From an uncultured archaeon (GTDB taxonomy: Archaea; Asgardarchaeota; Lokiarchaeia; Sigyniarchaeales; SOKP01): a DNA stretch of 41,622 bases. Positions 38,882-41,622 of the stretch are shown here, in pieces; position 1 is the first letter of the stretch, and every line of letters starts with the position of its first letter. Position numbers and translations under genes: made by a program. The DNA lies in contig CAZRBD010000002.1 in assembly GCA_964598265.1 (NCBI GenBank), forward strand, positions 22,661-64,282, in the 5' to 3' direction. The notes below the pieces were generated by a model that was not told where the DNA came from, did not search any database, and was given only the letters and a program-made list of their open reading frames with translations.

Positions 38882-41218
38882 TCATTCAGCATATTGTAAA
38901 AGAACAACAAAGTTAGATCCTTGTTTATAATCACCTTTAATCCTATCCTCAACCCAAATATCACCGTGAAAGTTATCAACGATTTTCTTAACAAGTGACA
39001 ATCCTAAACCCATTCCCTTACTTTTTTGGGTTGTTCGTGTCCCTTTTTCAAAAATATCTTTTTTACGATAATCGGATATCCCAAGCCCGTTATCTTTAAA
39101 TTCTATTTTGATATACTCCTTATCTTCTACAGTCTCTCTATTAACATCAATAATAATTTGGATATTTGATTTATCATTATGCCTTACAGCGTTTATTAGT
39201 ATGTTTTCAAATACATCTAACAGTAGGTTATTCGCTAGGACATACATTCTTTTTACTGTTGATTTAAACTGAAAATTTAAGTTTCTATTTGGAAAATTAG
39301 CCTTCGTAAAGTCTATGGCTTTATTTAATTCTAGGGTAGCATTAATTTTTTCTAACTCAATTTCAGTATCATCGATTTCTGTTATTTTCTGAATATTTTT
39401 TATTAATTTCTTTCCTCTATTTACTTGTTCATTTATTATCTCATATAATTCTTTGATGGTGTGCAATTTTTCAGGACTATTTAGGTAAAGAGAACTAAGT
39501 TCAACGGAGGATTGGATGTTTTGTAGGATATTGTTAATATCATGAGCAAAAATATCTTTGTATAAATTGGCTTGATTATAAGCCTTTCGAAACATTTCCT
39601 CGGATTTTTTTATTTTTTCTTCCAATTCCTTAAATTCCGTTATATCTCGGATAATTGAATGAATGTATTGTTTATCTTTAATTTTAATGGCTTTCGCATG
39701 AATCATTACATCCCTTATTTTACCATCTTTAGTTTTATATTTAGATTCAAAAATGTCAGAGCCTTCTCGAATAATTTTTTTGATATGAGATTCATAATTT
39801 TCATTCTCTTCCATCACAACAAAATCGAGGACTCGAATATCATTAAATTCTTCTCGCGAATAACCCAAATTTTCATACATCTTGTCATTAAACTCTACTA
39901 AATCTTCTGTTTCTGTATCAATAAGAACTATTGAATCAGCTGCTTGTTCGAAAAGTGTTCGATATTTAGCTTCAGATTCTTTGAACTCTTCTGTTCTTTC
40001 CTCTACTCTCTGTTCCAATTCTTTATTTAATCTTAATAATTCTTCTTCAGATTCTTTTAATTTGTTTTCTATCTCCTTTCGCTCAGTTATATCTGCTATC
40101 ATGCCTATGCCATAAAGGGGGATTTCATTTTTATCTCTAATAATCGAAGCAGTAAGGTTACCCCACATTATTTTCTTGTCTTTTTTGGTATACCGTTTTT
40201 CAATAGTAAAAAAGGGTATATCTCCTCTAATTATTTTTTCTAAAAGTTCCATATTATTTTCTAAATCTTCTGGATGTGTAATTTCAGGGATTGTAAGGCC
40301 AATTAGTTCTTTCTCGTTATACCCTAACATGCTGCATAACATAAAATTAACTTTTATAATTAATTTGTTATCTAAATTTATTATCGCCATACCAAGAGGG
40401 CTTTCTTCAAAAATTTTACGAAACCTCTCTTCTGATTCCTTTAATTGCTCCTCAGCTTTTTTATTTTCGGTAATATCTTGAACTAAGCTTACTGCGTATA
40501 GAGGATTTCCTTCTAAATCTCTAACCAACGAAACTGTAAGACTTCCCCAAATTATATGCTCATCTTTATGAAAGTATCGTTTTTCCATATCATAATGATC
40601 TATTTTGCCTTCCATTAATTGATTAAAAAATTTTACATCAGAATTGAGATCTTCTGGATGGGTAAGTTCCATAAAAGTTTTAAGTTTAATTTCTTCTTCG
40701 AGATAACCGAAAAAATCAAGGAGATATTGATTCATTTCTAGGACTTCCCCTTTCATGCTTACTTTAGTAACTCCAATGGCTCCACTATTATATATTGATT
40801 GATATTTTTCTTCACTTTTTATTAAATCTTCATTTACTCTTCTTTGTTCAGTGACATCGTCATATATAGCAACGATATGTCCCGTAGGTAATTTATAAAC
40901 ATAATTTTTGACGTATCGAGAAATCTTATCATCTTTATACATCGATAAAGGGTACCTCTTTGATTTTCCAGTTTTCCACACTTTCTGAAAAACATTAAAC
41001 AACCCAAATTCTTTAATTCCAGGAAAAACTTCAGTGACAAATTTCCCTAAAATATCATTTCGCATAACATTGCTTATTTTTTCACCAGCATTATTAATAT
41101 CTCTGATTATAAAATCTTTTGCGTTATTAAATGCTTCATATACGATGACTCCACTACCCATATTATCGATAAGTTCTCTAAATACTCTCGATGATTCAAA
41201 GATCGATTTTTCAGTCAA
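38882..41218 (-). CDS. Multi-PAS sensor histidine kinase, paralog of 35837..38545
   Basis: Four PAS domains (THPEDL twice); near-identical LYKDIFAHDINNILQNIQ...HTIKELYEII block; DNGLG; GMGLGL. Confidence 0.94.
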   Translation of the reverse strand: MTEKSIFESSRVFRELIDNMGSGVIVYEAFNNAKDFIIRDINNAGEKISNVMRNDILGKFVTEVFPGIKEFGLFNVFQKVWKTGKSKRYPLSMYKDDKISRYVKNYVYKLPTGHIVAIYDDVTEQRRVNEDLIKSEEKYQSIYNSGAIGVTKVSMKGEVLEMNQYLLDFFGYLEEEIKLKTFMELTHPEDLNSDVKFFNQLMEGKIDHYDMEKRYFHKDEHIIWGSLTVSLVRDLEGNPLYAVSLVQDITENKKAEEQLKESEERFRKIFEESPLGMAIINLDNKLIIKVNFMLCSMLGYNEKELIGLTIPEITHPEDLENNMELLEKIIRGDIPFFTIEKRYTKKDKKIMWGNLTASIIRDKNEIPLYGIGMIADITERKEIENKLKESEEELLRLNKELEQRVEERTEEFKESEAKYRTLFEQAADSIVLIDTETEDLVEFNDKMYENLGYSREEFNDIRVLDFVVMEENENYESHIKKIIREGSDIFESKYKTKDGKIRDVMIHAKAIKIKDKQYIHSIIRDITEFKELEEKIKKSEEMFRKAYNQANLYKDIFAHDINNILQNIQSSVELSSLYLNSPEKLHTIKELYEIINEQVNRGKKLIKNIQKITEIDDTEIELEKINATLELNKAIDFTKANFPNRNLNFQFKSTVKRMYVLANNLLLDVFENILINAVRHNDKSNIQIIIDVNRETVEDKEYIKIEFKDNGLGISDYRKKDIFEKGTRTTQKSKGMGLGLSLVKKIVDNFHGDIWVEDRIKGDYKQGSNFVVLLQYAE

Positions 41219-41459
41219 TTTAAATGCACCTAATATCTTATTTTATTTTTATTTTTCTAAATGAATATTTTCTTGATTGAAAGAACATCTTTGTTAATCC
41301 AATCTTCAGTTTATTTATGCGAATACAAATATAGTTAACTAATCATATTTAAATATAGGTTAATATTCGCGAAATTGATTTGACATATTGAATTTTTAAG
41401 ATCTCTGAAATTCAAATATAAATCTGTTATAGAACATCAAAAAAAAATCATTATTCTAT

Positions 41460-41622
41460 TCATGAGGGTAATAAAACGACGAAATTGGAGCCTTGGGAAT
41501 AATCACCTTTAACTCTATCCTCAACCCACATAAATCCACCATAATTTTCGATAATTTTTTTCACTAATGTAAGACCGAATCCAAGTCCTTTTCCGGAGCC
41601 TTTTTTAAAGCTATCTTTAAAA
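41460..41622 (-). CDS. C-terminal end of a further histidine kinase (partial)
   Basis: Manual translation ...GSGKGLGFGLTLVKKIIENYGGFMWVEDRVKGDYSQGSNFVVLLPS*. Confidence 0.9.
   Translation of the reverse strand, partial: FKDSFKKGSGKGLGFGLTLVKKIIENYGGFMWVEDRVKGDYSQGSNFVVLLPS

Noticed and set aside
2359-41264. Short ORF-track entries overlapping longer genes (e.g. 2359-2739, 6769-7047, 13917-14246, 22764-23156, 29712-30020, 36688-36996, 40176-40481)
   Set aside because: They are antisense or off-frame shadows of well-supported genes and carry no motifs.
1-41622. CRISPR arrays, rRNA genes, transposases
   Set aside because: None were seen on reading: no regularly spaced repeats and no recognisable motifs.

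Overview
AT-rich (roughly 30% GC by eye) archaeal chromosomal window, most consistent with an Asgard archaeon (Lokiarchaeia-like). The assignment is inferred from gene content: an archaeal tRNA with a BHB-type intron, CDC48 ending in HbYX, CdhD, an FwdF-like polyferredoxin, a PGF-type sorting tail and many cytoplasmic multi-PAS histidine kinases. The window also holds a LysR-dsrE-tusA module, a DAP lysine cluster (dapF-lysA / dapA-dapB), an hsp20-cdc48-ArsR heat-shock cluster, an orphan adenine methyltransferase, a flavin disulfide reductase and six kinases (one partial). Main result: cdhD looks like two ORFs but is one gene interrupted by a 36-nt stop-containing insert (6655..6690, minus strand). 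The insert folds into a bulge-helix-bulge motif, and the canonical cut sites exactly restore the frame and the conserved DPTxAxLGYG motif. This is a candidate mRNA intron spliced by the tRNA endonuclease, in a Wood-Ljungdahl gene. Further unannotated signals: tRNA-Pro(UGG) with a 30-nt T-loop intron, a double-guide box C/D sRNA whose D guide matches the SSU rRNA site equivalent to the eukaryotic U25/snR56 target, a ubiquitin-like/polyproline membrane protein, a 2-TM + Nudix fusion, probable non-canonical start codons and a duplication scar. No computation or database search was run; all calls come from reading the sequence.
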